This document shows positions 24,361 through 32,000 of a DNA stretch of 32,000 nt, in pieces. How positions within the stretch are numbered: the first letter of the stretch is position 1; each line of letters opens with the position of its first letter. A program made the position numbers and the translations under genes. Below the pieces are notes generated by a model, which did not search any database, was not told where the DNA came from, and saw only the letters and a program-made list of their open reading frames with translations. Source of the stretch: Nitrososphaerota archaeon (GTDB taxonomy: Archaea > Thermoproteota > Nitrososphaeria_A > Caldarchaeales > Calditenuaceae); assembly GCA_041641295.1 (NCBI GenBank), contig JBEPYO010000001.1, positions 1,318,038 to 1,350,037 on the forward strand, read 5' to 3'.

Positions 24361-24629
24361 AATGAAGTGCCAAGGATTCTATGAGCTTGTAGAGTGTAAG
24401 GGGGAGAGTTGGAGAGGTCCTCGAGGAGAAAGTCATGGGAGAGGTTGATAATACTGATGTGGAGGTTGTCCACCATAAGAGCTATGAGGATGTGGCTGGA
24501 GGAGATTGGGGTGCAGATTACGAATTAGGCGTCCTACATAAAGAGTATGAGTGTGGATACGATGAGGGGGAGGTGGTTTAGAGGCAGACAGTACCCCAGC
24601 ACAACTTTAAAAGGTTGAACTATTCTTTA

Positions 24630-25244
24630 ATGGTTGTGCAGCAGGGCTACTACATTATTCCAGGGGCCACTACTGTCGGGATAAAGGGTGCCGACAGCGT
24701 TGTCTTAGCCTCTGAGAAGAGGCTGTCCTATGGCAACTTCGTCGTCTCCAAGAATGCTCAGAAGGTCTTCCAGCTGACAAAGAATGCGGGGGCGGCCTGC
24801 GCCGGGTTGGTCTCAGATATGCAGGGTCTCATAAGGGAGGCCAAGGCATTGATAAACCTCTACATACTCGAGCAGGGCAGGCTCCCATCCGTAAACACAG
24901 TCGCAAAAGTCCTATCCACCTACCTATTCGGAAACAGATTCTTCCCATACTTCACTGAGACGGTTGTGGGCGGCGTCGACTCGACCGGCCCCCACATATA
25001 TGTGCTAGACCCGCTCGGCTCCATGATCGAGGATGACTACACGGCTGTTGGCAGCGGGGCTGAGATAGCTGCCGGTGTGCTTGAGACTTGGTTTAAGCCG
25101 GGGGCAAGGTCTGAAGAGATAAGTGAGCTAGCAGTGAAGGCTGTCAAGGCAGGGGCTACGCGAGACGCGGCTAGTGGGAATGGGATAGACATTCTTGTGA
25201 TCGGCCGGTCTGGGGTTATCAGGATGGAGACGATCCCGTTCTAG
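24630..25244 (+). CDS. psmB: proteasome subunit beta
   Basis: Short propeptide followed by the catalytic Thr (PGA/TTVGIKGADSVVLASEKR), then GLVSDMQ and AVGSGAEIA. ATG 24630 is preferred because CTTTAAAAGG at 24605-14 lies about 20-25 nt upstream. The track start is TTG 24615. Confidence 0.95.
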   Translation: MVVQQGYYIIPGATTVGIKGADSVVLASEKRLSYGNFVVSKNAQKVFQLTKNAGAACAGLVSDMQGLIREAKALINLYILEQGRLPSVNTVAKVLSTYLFGNRFFPYFTETVVGGVDSTGPHIYVLDPLGSMIEDDYTAVGSGAEIAAGVLETWFKPGARSEEISELAVKAVKAGATRDAASGNGIDILVIGRSGVIRMETIPF

Positions 25245-25373
25245 ACCTGAGATTTAATCCCTATCAATCTGGGCTTAGGAGGGAATAATTTTAGAAGCGG
25301 GGGTCGCCCAAAGTCTTTTAGGGGCCGCCGGGTAGGAATAGATTAATGAGGGAGTATAACGCCGTAATATTAG

Positions 25374-26114
25374 ATGAATCTAAACAAAATGCAGCTCCGC
25401 CTCCTACTCTACCTCTACGAGAGAAACGGCTTCAGTAACGGAGTCCAAGTCACAACACCAGCCCTAGCAAAGTTCCTAAACACTTCACAACAGTCCGCAT
25501 CCCGCATCATGATAAAGATGGAGAGGGAAGGGTTTATTGAAAGGCGGATGGTTGGTAGATCGTGCTATGTGAGGTTGACCGAGAAATCCATCAATGAGCT
25601 GTCTGAGTTGTATGCGGAGTTGAAGAGGATAATTGAGAAGCCTGTCGAGGTGGTGCTTGAGGGCCGGGTCTTCAGCGGGATGGGTGAGGGCGCGTATTAC
25701 ATCTCCCTGCCTTGGTACAGGGAACAGATTAGAAAGAAGCTGGGCTTCGACCCGTACCCGGGGACGCTTAACGTGAATCTCTTGTCATGGGACTCGATCC
25801 AGAATAGGAGGCTTGTCAGCAAATACGCTGACATATGGATAGAAGGGTTCAGGGACAGGAACCGGACCTATGGTGGAGCGCGGGCGATACTCGCGTCCTT
25901 CAACAACTCCGACCTCTGCGCGATCCTATACATCGAGAGGACGCATTATGGAGAGAACGTCATAGAACTGATATCTCCCGTGTATCTGCGGGGCAAGTAT
26001 GGGCTATCTGATGGCGACAAGGTCAAGATAACCGTAACACTCCCCACAGTCAATTTTTCGGCCACTGGACAGATTTCACAGGAGGATAAGGGTCAAATTC
26101 TGCCTAAAACTTGA
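25374..26114 (+). CDS. RbkR-type bifunctional wHTH regulator / CTP-dependent riboflavin kinase
   Basis: N-terminal winged-helix domain (TPALAKFLNTSQQSASRIMIKMEREGFIERR). C-terminal archaeal riboflavin kinase block (GRVFSGMGEGAYYISLPWYREQIRKKLGFDPYPGTLNV). Confidence 0.85.
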   Translation: MNLNKMQLRLLLYLYERNGFSNGVQVTTPALAKFLNTSQQSASRIMIKMEREGFIERRMVGRSCYVRLTEKSINELSELYAELKRIIEKPVEVVLEGRVFSGMGEGAYYISLPWYREQIRKKLGFDPYPGTLNVNLLSWDSIQNRRLVSKYADIWIEGFRDRNRTYGGARAILASFNNSDLCAILYIERTHYGENVIELISPVYLRGKYGLSDGDKVKITVTLPTVNFSATGQISQEDKGQILPKT

Positions 26115-26123
26115 TTTCACGAG

Positions 26124-26762
26124 TTGTCGGAGGCTTTCCAGAAGGCTGCCGAATGGGTTCTCAAGCAATCTAGGGAAGGAAAGAGTCTCGCAGACATCCA
26201 AGCATCATTTCCAGTCTTTAAAGACAGCAACATAACCATCAACAGAGTCCTCTCCAACAATCCGCTCCTCCTCGGATACTTTGACGAGAAGCTGAAGCTG
26301 AAGATTAATGATCGTGTCATAAGGGCCGCCGCGCTGGTGGCGAAGCTGCGCGGGTTTGACGTCTTTACCTCCCCTCCCGAGATTAGGATAGTGAAGGATG
26401 GAGTGCTCCATGGATTATTGAGGGAGGACGGATTCGCTGCCAGCGACCCACTCCTCTTCAGAGACATCGCGGTAAAGGTTTATGGGATAGGCGGGTCTCC
26501 TGAGCTTGAGGTTCCTGTGAAGGATAGCTGGCTTGACTCATTGGCGCGGCTCCTCTCGGAAAGAGGCTTTGTGGAGACGGTCTTCTTCGCAGCCCTAGTA
26601 ATACTGTTGCCACCCACGCTTGCGGCACTCTCCCTCCTAATCACTCCTTCAAGGTTTGTGCCGGACCCGCTGAGACTGGGGATCAGCATAGTTATTTTGC
26701 TTGCGGCACTCTATCTTGCGCGGCTCTATATCAGAGAAAACCTCAGACAACGGCAACAGTAG
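26124..26762 (+). CDS. hypothetical protein with a C-terminal double TM anchor
   Basis: 212-aa ORF with a TTG start 9 nt after the rbkR stop. Soluble N-terminal region of about 150 aa, then VFFAALVILLPPTLAALSLLI and LGISIVILLAALYLARLYI. I recognise no family. Confidence 0.45.
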   Translation: MSEAFQKAAEWVLKQSREGKSLADIQASFPVFKDSNITINRVLSNNPLLLGYFDEKLKLKINDRVIRAAALVAKLRGFDVFTSPPEIRIVKDGVLHGLLREDGFAASDPLLFRDIAVKVYGIGGSPELEVPVKDSWLDSLARLLSERGFVETVFFAALVILLPPTLAALSLLITPSRFVPDPLRLGISIVILLAALYLARLYIRENLRQRQQ

Positions 26763-26774
26763 CCCGTTATTGGT

Positions 26775-27128
26775 TTAGATGATTCGGTCTGGTTTCCTAG
26801 CTGCTTTAGCGTAGTCTTCTCGGGCCGGGTTAAATACGTCGAGTGCGAGGGCCTCCTCCGTTCCATTGTTTATCACCTCATGCAGCTCCCAAGGCTCAAT
26901 GAGGTAGGAATCACCCTCTCTCAGGACGCTCTCGCCCCGCTCGGTCCTGAAGAGCAGAGAGCCTCTCAACACAACCCCTGCCTGAAGATGTGGATGGTTA
27001 TGCCTCGGCACAACCGCACCAGGTAGAATTCGCACCAGCATGAGCATTGTTGAGGGGTGGTGAGCCAAGACGGAGCGGTAGACACCGGGGAATAATTCAT
27101 CCCACACCCTGTTTTGCCAGATCTCCAC
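26775..27128 (-). CDS. cupin-domain protein
   Basis: 117 aa with the cupin motifs PRHNHPHLQAGVVLRGSL and GDSYLIEPWELHEV. Confidence 0.75.
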   Translation of the reverse strand: MEIWQNRVWDELFPGVYRSVLAHHPSTMLMLVRILPGAVVPRHNHPHLQAGVVLRGSLLFRTERGESVLREGDSYLIEPWELHEVINNGTEEALALDVFNPAREDYAKAARKPDRII

Positions 27129-27199
27129 GGCTTCGTGTGTAGAGTGGGGCCTATTTCAATCTAGTGGCAGGCGGCTCTTCACTGTTAAGGGCACACCCC

Positions 27200-28384
27200 T
27201 CAGTTGTGGGCTAGCTCCTTCACAATCTTTGTCAAGATGTCTGATGGAGCGTCTGTCTTTACGGCGGCCGGGTCGTAGTGGGTGGGTGAGGCGCGGTAGC
27301 CCACCTCTCTAAGCCTCTCTATCACATTTTTTGTCTTGGGGGGTGAGGTCTTGGCGCGCCTGGATACCTCCGAGATTTGGAAGGACCACGGAATGTCGTC
27401 CAACTCCTCTGCAATAGTTTTAACGATCTTTATGGCCTCCCTGTATATCGGGTCGGACAAATATCTTGAGTTCAGGATTTTCTCGACGAGGTTCTTATCG
27501 CTGAGCGCTCCTGTCCACACTGGCCCAACGAGGACGTTGGGGTTGCCGCATATGCTGCACTTCTCTCGCCACTCGGAGACATCACTCATCACAGAGGTGT
27601 TGAGGCAGTATTTGCAGTGGATGAGATATCTAACCTGTGACCTGGCGTGATAAGCCCTCCGCTTCCCCCGCTCCACTCGCAGAAACACTCTGACGAAGTG
27701 CCTGTAGGCGACTGAGAGGACTGGCTCGGCTCCCAGGCTCAGGCGCGAAGCAGTCATTACGGCGAAACCAGCTAGGGCCCTGATCGCTGTCTCTCTATAG
27801 AAGTTGGTCTTTACGAGTGTTAGGCCATACTTCCAGTATGCTGTGCGTCGCGAGGATCCTGAGAGGGCTGCAAGATCTGTGGCGGAAACCCCTAACAGCC
27901 CCCGCCTCTCAGTGGCCCTAAACCCGTTCTCAAGAAATCTCACAGGTGAGCCGAATGGGTCGATGTCTACGTAGCCGGCCCGACCCTCAACCGCCAATCT
28001 GGATAAGAGTAGGTTTGCATCTGAGTGCTCGATCCTCAGCCTCTCAACCAATCCGTTTCTCTCCCTATTGACCTCGCTGAGCCGGACCGCCCACTCGGAA
28101 ATATCTCCAGCCAACCCCTCCGTCACAGAGCCTGACTCTAGGAGTAGCCTGATAATCCGGGCCCCAGTCCCGGCAAGAGGCTCAGCGGCCAGACCACATG
28201 ACCTCCCTGAGAAGTAGGAGTCAACAACGATGACCGCCAGGTCTCTCGAGACCTTTGAGAGGGGGTTATAGAATGCTGGGAGCCTAGTCGTCGCTTGGGC
28301 CTCTCCAGTCTCTGGAACTATCAGCTCGGCCAACCCCTCCTTGACAATCTTTACCGGAAAAGGTAGAGGGGGAACAGTCTCCAC
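27200..28384 (-). CDS. trm1: tRNA (guanine26-N2)-dimethyltransferase Trm1
   Basis: KEGLAELIVPE...FYNP....RDLAV, SAM-MTase core, and a Zn module CKYC...CSICG. GTG 28384 (VETVPP..) lies 8 nt after the NTPase stop and gives the usual short N-terminus. The track's ATG 28447 would overlap the NTPase gene by 56 nt. Confidence 0.88.
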   Translation of the reverse strand: METVPPLPFPVKIVKEGLAELIVPETGEAQATTRLPAFYNPLSKVSRDLAVIVVDSYFSGRSCGLAAEPLAGTGARIIRLLLESGSVTEGLAGDISEWAVRLSEVNRERNGLVERLRIEHSDANLLLSRLAVEGRAGYVDIDPFGSPVRFLENGFRATERRGLLGVSATDLAALSGSSRRTAYWKYGLTLVKTNFYRETAIRALAGFAVMTASRLSLGAEPVLSVAYRHFVRVFLRVERGKRRAYHARSQVRYLIHCKYCLNTSVMSDVSEWREKCSICGNPNVLVGPVWTGALSDKNLVEKILNSRYLSDPIYREAIKIVKTIAEELDDIPWSFQISEVSRRAKTSPPKTKNVIERLREVGYRASPTHYDPAAVKTDAPSDILTKIVKELAHN

Positions 28385-28391
28385 ACCATCC

Positions 28392-28931
28392 TCACCCCTC
28401 TCCCGTAAGTATGTCCACAATCTCTCTAGCAGCGGTTTGGGCCTCACCGCGCTTGAGAACTATCAGCCTTGTCACAGCCTCTCTCGCCTCTAGAAGTAGC
28501 GGGTCGCGGGAGCGAAAATGAAGCGTGAGAATAGCGTATCTCGCATCCCTCAGAACTCTTCTCAATACATTCCTAAATCGCTGGCTCATCAGCTCCATAG
28601 GCCCCACCTCGTCGATTAGGACGATGGCCCCAGAGCTTAGAGCCTTCTCAATGATGTCAGATGCAAATCCATCGAGGTTTTCAACATAGACTCTGTATCG
28701 CCCAATCCGCGGGCCGGGCTCCCCCGACTCCCTAGCTAGCGGTACAGACGCTTGAGTCTCGATGTCTATTATATCGAACCCGACACGTTTGCCCCCAGCT
28801 CTAACCTCTCTCGACAATATCCCTCCGACACTCTTACCCATAGATCTCAGAATATTCGCAGCCATCTCTACTGTGGTTGTCTTTCCACATCCAGGAGGGC
28901 CTGTGACTCCGACCAAAACTCTAGCTGTCAA
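28392..28931 (-). CDS. THEP1/COG1618-type nucleoside triphosphatase
   Basis: VLVGVTGPPGCGKTTT (P-loop), VGGILSREVRAGGKRVGFDIIDI, IGRYRV, LIDEVGPMEL (Walker B). 179 aa, TTG start. Confidence 0.85.
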   Translation of the reverse strand: MTARVLVGVTGPPGCGKTTTVEMAANILRSMGKSVGGILSREVRAGGKRVGFDIIDIETQASVPLARESGEPGPRIGRYRVYVENLDGFASDIIEKALSSGAIVLIDEVGPMELMSQRFRNVLRRVLRDARYAILTLHFRSRDPLLLEAREAVTRLIVLKRGEAQTAAREIVDILTGEG

Positions 28932-28952
28932 AACTAATCAGCGTAGGCGCAC

Positions 28953-30461
28953 TCACCTTTCCAACCCTCTATATATGTCGTTGAAGATTAGCTCCTCGAG
29001 CTCATCTATCTTTACCCTAACCTGTGCCGCAGTGTCTCTATCCCTGACTGTAACAGTGTTATCCTGTAGTGTCTGGTGGTCAATCGTTACGCAGAGGTTG
29101 ACGCCCGCCTCATCTGCCCGCGCATATCGCCGACCAATAGAGCCCCGGTCATCATATACAGTGTAGATGGGCAGCCTACTTGCCCTGAGCTTGGTGTAGA
29201 TGTCCCAAGCCTTCGCGACTAAGTCTTCTCGGTCAAGTAGAGGGAGTATGGCCGCCTTTATTGGTGAGACTATTCTGGGGAGCATCAATAGTGGCCAGTC
29301 TCTAACCCCCTCCCTGTAGGAATGCTCAAGGATCGCGTAGAGGATTCTTTCAACACCGAAAGACGGCTCAACCACATGGGGAACTACTTTCACGCCATTA
29401 TCATCTATTGACAGGTCTTCTCCCGAGTGTTTTGAGTGGACTGTGAGGTCATAGTCCCGTCTGTAAGCGTTCCCCACAACCTCCTTCCATCCAAAGGAGA
29501 ACTTGACCTCGAGGTCAAAATTCCCACCCGAATAGTGTGGCGTCTCCTCCGGCAGCAGGTGTCTGAACCTCATGTTTTCAGGCGGGATGCCGAGGGACTG
29601 GAAAAACCTCACCTCCTTGGCGAGATAGTAGGCCAAAAACTTGTTAGGTACTATGCCCTCCTCGACAGCATCTCGGGCCTTCAGCTCTATTGCCTCCCCA
29701 CCATCGCCACGCCTCTGCTCCTCCCGCGTCAAGATACGTATCACAGTATCACCAACCTCGTCGAACCTTTTGGGCCCGTCGCCTCGAATAGGCGAGAAGA
29801 AGACCTCAATCTCCATTTGACTGAATTCTCGGAGTCTTATAATGGACTGGCGGGGGGAGATCTCGTTTCTGAACGACTTCCCAACCTGGGCTACGGCGAA
29901 GGGTAGCTTAGCCCTCATGGCATATGCTATTCTCTTAAAGTTTAGGAAGATGTTTTGGGCCGTCTCCGGGCGGAGGAATGCGGTCTCCTCTCCTCCCCCT
30001 ACTGAGAGTTTGAACATCAGGTGGTGCTCCTTAAAGCCTGTCAGCTCGCCTCCGCAATTGGGGCATTTAACCCCGCGAGCCTTCACCACTTCTTGCAACT
30101 CCTCAATACTCTTCCCCTCCACCTTCAATCCAAGAATATCCTCGATGAGCTGATCTACCCGATGGATTCTGCCACACCTCGCACACTCCGCCTTAGGATC
30201 GGTAAACTTGTCAACGTGGCCGGAAGCCTTCAGTGCTTCGAATGGGAGTATCAATGAACCGTCGATAAGGTATACTTCAAAGGATGTCTCTCTCTTCACG
30301 AAGGTGTCTAGCCAGTAGTTGATGAGGTTGAGTTTCATCAGCGTCCCCAGAGGGCCTAGGTCGTAGAAGCCTGCGGGGCCCCTGTATATCTCGGCTGTGG
30401 GGTTGAAGAACCCCCTTCTCAACGCGAGCTGGACAATGCTCTCGGCGAGCTGCTCAGGCAT
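28953..30461 (-). CDS. glyS: glycine--tRNA ligase (archaeal/eukaryotic alpha2 type)
   Basis: RRGFFNPTAEIYRGPAGFYDLGPLGTLMKLNLINYW, class-II motif 2 FRNEISPR, motif 3 region PSFGVERI, and a C-terminal anticodon-binding domain. TATA GCTATTTATTGC (minus strand, about 30486-30497) lies about 27 nt upstream of the ATG. Confidence 0.9.
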   Translation of the reverse strand: MPEQLAESIVQLALRRGFFNPTAEIYRGPAGFYDLGPLGTLMKLNLINYWLDTFVKRETSFEVYLIDGSLILPFEALKASGHVDKFTDPKAECARCGRIHRVDQLIEDILGLKVEGKSIEELQEVVKARGVKCPNCGGELTGFKEHHLMFKLSVGGGEETAFLRPETAQNIFLNFKRIAYAMRAKLPFAVAQVGKSFRNEISPRQSIIRLREFSQMEIEVFFSPIRGDGPKRFDEVGDTVIRILTREEQRRGDGGEAIELKARDAVEEGIVPNKFLAYYLAKEVRFFQSLGIPPENMRFRHLLPEETPHYSGGNFDLEVKFSFGWKEVVGNAYRRDYDLTVHSKHSGEDLSIDDNGVKVVPHVVEPSFGVERILYAILEHSYREGVRDWPLLMLPRIVSPIKAAILPLLDREDLVAKAWDIYTKLRASRLPIYTVYDDRGSIGRRYARADEAGVNLCVTIDHQTLQDNTVTVRDRDTAAQVRVKIDELEELIFNDIYRGLER

Positions 30462-30550
30462 TCCCTCTCAAACCATCAGGCCTGCGCAATAAATAGCTGA
30501 TGAGCTGGGCTGATACTTTAGACGGCTGTCCAGTCCTTACCCAGTAGGCT

Positions 30551-31300
30551 TTAGCCTCGGAGTTCTCCGCCGCATGAGGGGCACTTATTTCCTAAATCAA
30601 CCCACACATTCATGCAGTCCCTGTGAAAGACGGCCCCGCACGAGCGGCAAGACTCTGTCTCACCGCCTGAGATGAGGTCGCCACATATCATGCACTGTCC
30701 TGTCCCCGCCGTCTCCATCCTCCTCTCCTCCCTCTCAGGAGCCGGTTCAAGAACGGTTGTCTGGGTCTCGACTGCCGGCTCAGTAATCTCTGCGACTGGC
30801 TCGGTCTCCTCCGTTGCAGTTGCCCATAGCGGTGATGGCGCCATAGAGGTTGTAACACGCGTCCTCATGGCGGCTATTAAGGCCAGCACCGAGGCTCCCG
30901 CTATTGCTATCCCTGTGAAGAGGGCTGCGAATAGCCCCAGCTCGGGGATGAAGTTCAGGCCACTGAAGCTCGGGAGCTTTATCAGGTATGTGTAGAGGGG
31001 TGAGAAGAGGGCTAGGCCCGCAGCGGTAAACGAGAGGAGCGGCATGACGAGTCTAAGCTTCGTGAGATCCTTAAGGTTTGAGGCGAATACACCTGTTGCG
31101 CCGGCAGCACCGCCCGCGGCCAAGGAGAACAGTAGAGGCTCCATGAAGGTATACCCGGTGATCAAGGATCGGCCAACATTGTCATAGTTTATAGAGAACC
31201 AGTTGAGGATCAGGCTTAAGGCATGTGTAGCGCCTAGGAGTGAGATTAGGGCTCCGATCCTGCTGAACCTGGCCAAAGCCTCACTTGTCTGAGTTATCAT
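30551..31300 (-). CDS. four-TM membrane protein with a C-terminal RING-like (C4HC3) zinc finger
   Basis: Four hydrophobic helices, an acidic Thr/Glu/Pro linker, then C-x2-C-x11-C-x2-C-x4-H-x2-C-x10-C-x2-C (CMICGDLISGGETESCRSCGAVFHRDCMNVWVDLGNKCPSCG). TATA-like TTATTTATATA (minus strand, about 31327-31340) lies about 27 nt upstream of the ATG. Confidence 0.6.
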   Translation of the reverse strand: MITQTSEALARFSRIGALISLLGATHALSLILNWFSINYDNVGRSLITGYTFMEPLLFSLAAGGAAGATGVFASNLKDLTKLRLVMPLLSFTAAGLALFSPLYTYLIKLPSFSGLNFIPELGLFAALFTGIAIAGASVLALIAAMRTRVTTSMAPSPLWATATEETEPVAEITEPAVETQTTVLEPAPEREERRMETAGTGQCMICGDLISGGETESCRSCGAVFHRDCMNVWVDLGNKCPSCGGELRG

Positions 31301-31421
31301 TGACCTGCACTTTCATCGTGTAGCCTGTATATAAATAAGTCTCGCCGAATCCGAGAGAAGGTTTGGCCAACAATGGGAGGAATATAGATTTATATCCGAA
31401 GAAATAGAGAGATTACCAAGG

Positions 31422-32000
31422 ATGGGCTCGATAATAGGGCGGCGATCAGAGGAGCTGGAAGCGATATCCCAGAATTTAAGGAGTATTATGACGCAGCTCC
31501 AGAATATTGAGTCGCAAATCTCGGGAAACGTTATTAGCCAGATAAGGGCTGCCGCCCAAGAAATGATTTCTAGGTTCGACGCCCTAGCCTCGACTCAGCC
31601 AGAATATCTCATAAAAGAGTTCATCGAGGGCGTGAATGTCCTAAAGTCCCTGACTTCATACCTCGTTATCTTCCAAGAGCAGCAGGAGGAGCTGGCGAGG
31701 CTACTGGAGTTTCAGAGAGAGCAGGTAGAGGTCTTGGAGAAGGCCAGGCAGGCAATATTGAAGGAGAGGGAGAGGCTGGAGCAGGAGAAAAATAGCCTCG
31801 AAGCACTGCGCCAAGAACTGATCCAGCTCAGGCAGGAGGTGGAGGAGAAGGATAGGGCCTTGAAGAGTTTTGAGAAGGAAGTCCAAGAACTGGAGGAGAG
31901 GAAGGCGTACCTAGAGGAGAAGATTAAGGAGCTTCAAAACTCCTATCTCTCTGCGCTCCAGTCCGCGGTTGAGGGCATTGAGAAGACTGTGAAAGAGCTG
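31422..32000 (+). CDS. coiled-coil protein, 5' part (ORF runs off the window end)
   Basis: I translated 193 codons from ATG 31422 with no stop: MGSIIGRRSEELEAISQNLRS...LLEFQREQVEVLEKARQAILKERERLEQEKNSLEALRQELIQLRQEVEEKDRALKSFEKEVQELEERKAYLEEKIKEL. It has a heptad-like Glu/Leu/Lys/Gln-rich composition. An A/T box AATATAGATTTATAT at about 31381-31395 lies about 30 nt upstream. It is absent from the supplied ORF track because it lacks a stop codon. Confidence 0.5.
   Translation, partial: MGSIIGRRSEELEAISQNLRSIMTQLQNIESQISGNVISQIRAAAQEMISRFDALASTQPEYLIKEFIEGVNVLKSLTSYLVIFQEQQEELARLLEFQREQVEVLEKARQAILKERERLEQEKNSLEALRQELIQLRQEVEEKDRALKSFEKEVQELEERKAYLEEKIKELQNSYLSALQSAVEGIEKTVKEL

Noticed and set aside
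23199-24617. 10-nt direct repeat TAAAAGGTTG (23199-23208 and 24608-24617) as possible IS boundaries or a target duplication enclosing about 1.4 kb
   Set aside because: The right-hand copy coincides with the psmB TATA/start region. A single 10-nt match between two spacers of a few hundred nt is not clearly beyond chance. It is kept only as something to test when defining the element ends.
30498-30513. C/D-box sRNA-like motifs (TGATGA at 30498-30503, CTGA at 30510-30513)
   Set aside because: The boxes are only 6 nt apart, with no room for a roughly 12-nt guide. There is no second C'/D pair or terminal stem, and the site overlaps the glyS TATA region.
1-32000. CRISPR arrays, rRNA genes, large tandem or inverted repeats
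   Set aside because: Reading through all intergenic regions revealed no periodic direct repeats with spacers and no rRNA-like sequence. The longest non-coding tracts (23005-23243, 24072-24614) contain only short hairpins.

Overview
The window looks like chromosomal DNA from a hyperthermophilic TACK/Crenarchaeota-type archaeon. It carries archaeal marker genes: S3Ae, Pcc1, a GAN/RecJ-like protein, Trm1, A/V-type ATPase subunits, proteasome beta, and a CTP-type riboflavin kinase. Many genes also have an A/T-rich TATA box about 25-35 nt upstream of the start codon, as expected for leaderless mRNAs.

Gene content, left to right:
- A CUT1-type sugar ABC importer operon, unusual in having two different MalK-like ATPases and a small membrane protein.
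- A degenerate LAGLIDADG-like ORF.
- A DUF3237-like gene and a metallo-beta-lactamase-fold hydrolase.
- A four-ORF molybdenum hydroxylase operon (FAD, 2Fe-2S, and a split large subunit).
- tRNA-Ala(UGC).
- atpF-atpE-atpA.
- A ModE-like regulator divergent from wtpABC-like tungstate/molybdate transporter genes.
- rps3ae, pcc1 and a recJ/GAN-like gene.
- A two-gene cobalamin-independent methionine synthase pair.
- A stand-alone rps13.
- A diverged IS110-like recombinase gene with the longest non-coding tracts of the window.
- psmB, an RbkR-type riboflavin kinase/regulator, a cupin, and glyS-NTPase-trm1.
- A membrane protein with a RING-like C4HC3 finger.
- A partial coiled-coil ORF running off the window end.

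No CRISPR array, rRNA gene or large repeat was seen.

The most interesting observations are:
1. The IS110-like gene with a long structured leader, which is a candidate guide/bridge RNA region.
2. The reciprocal motif degeneracy in the two ABC ATPases.
3. The membrane-anchored RING-like finger.

All functional calls rest on motif recognition by eye. No database search was possible.
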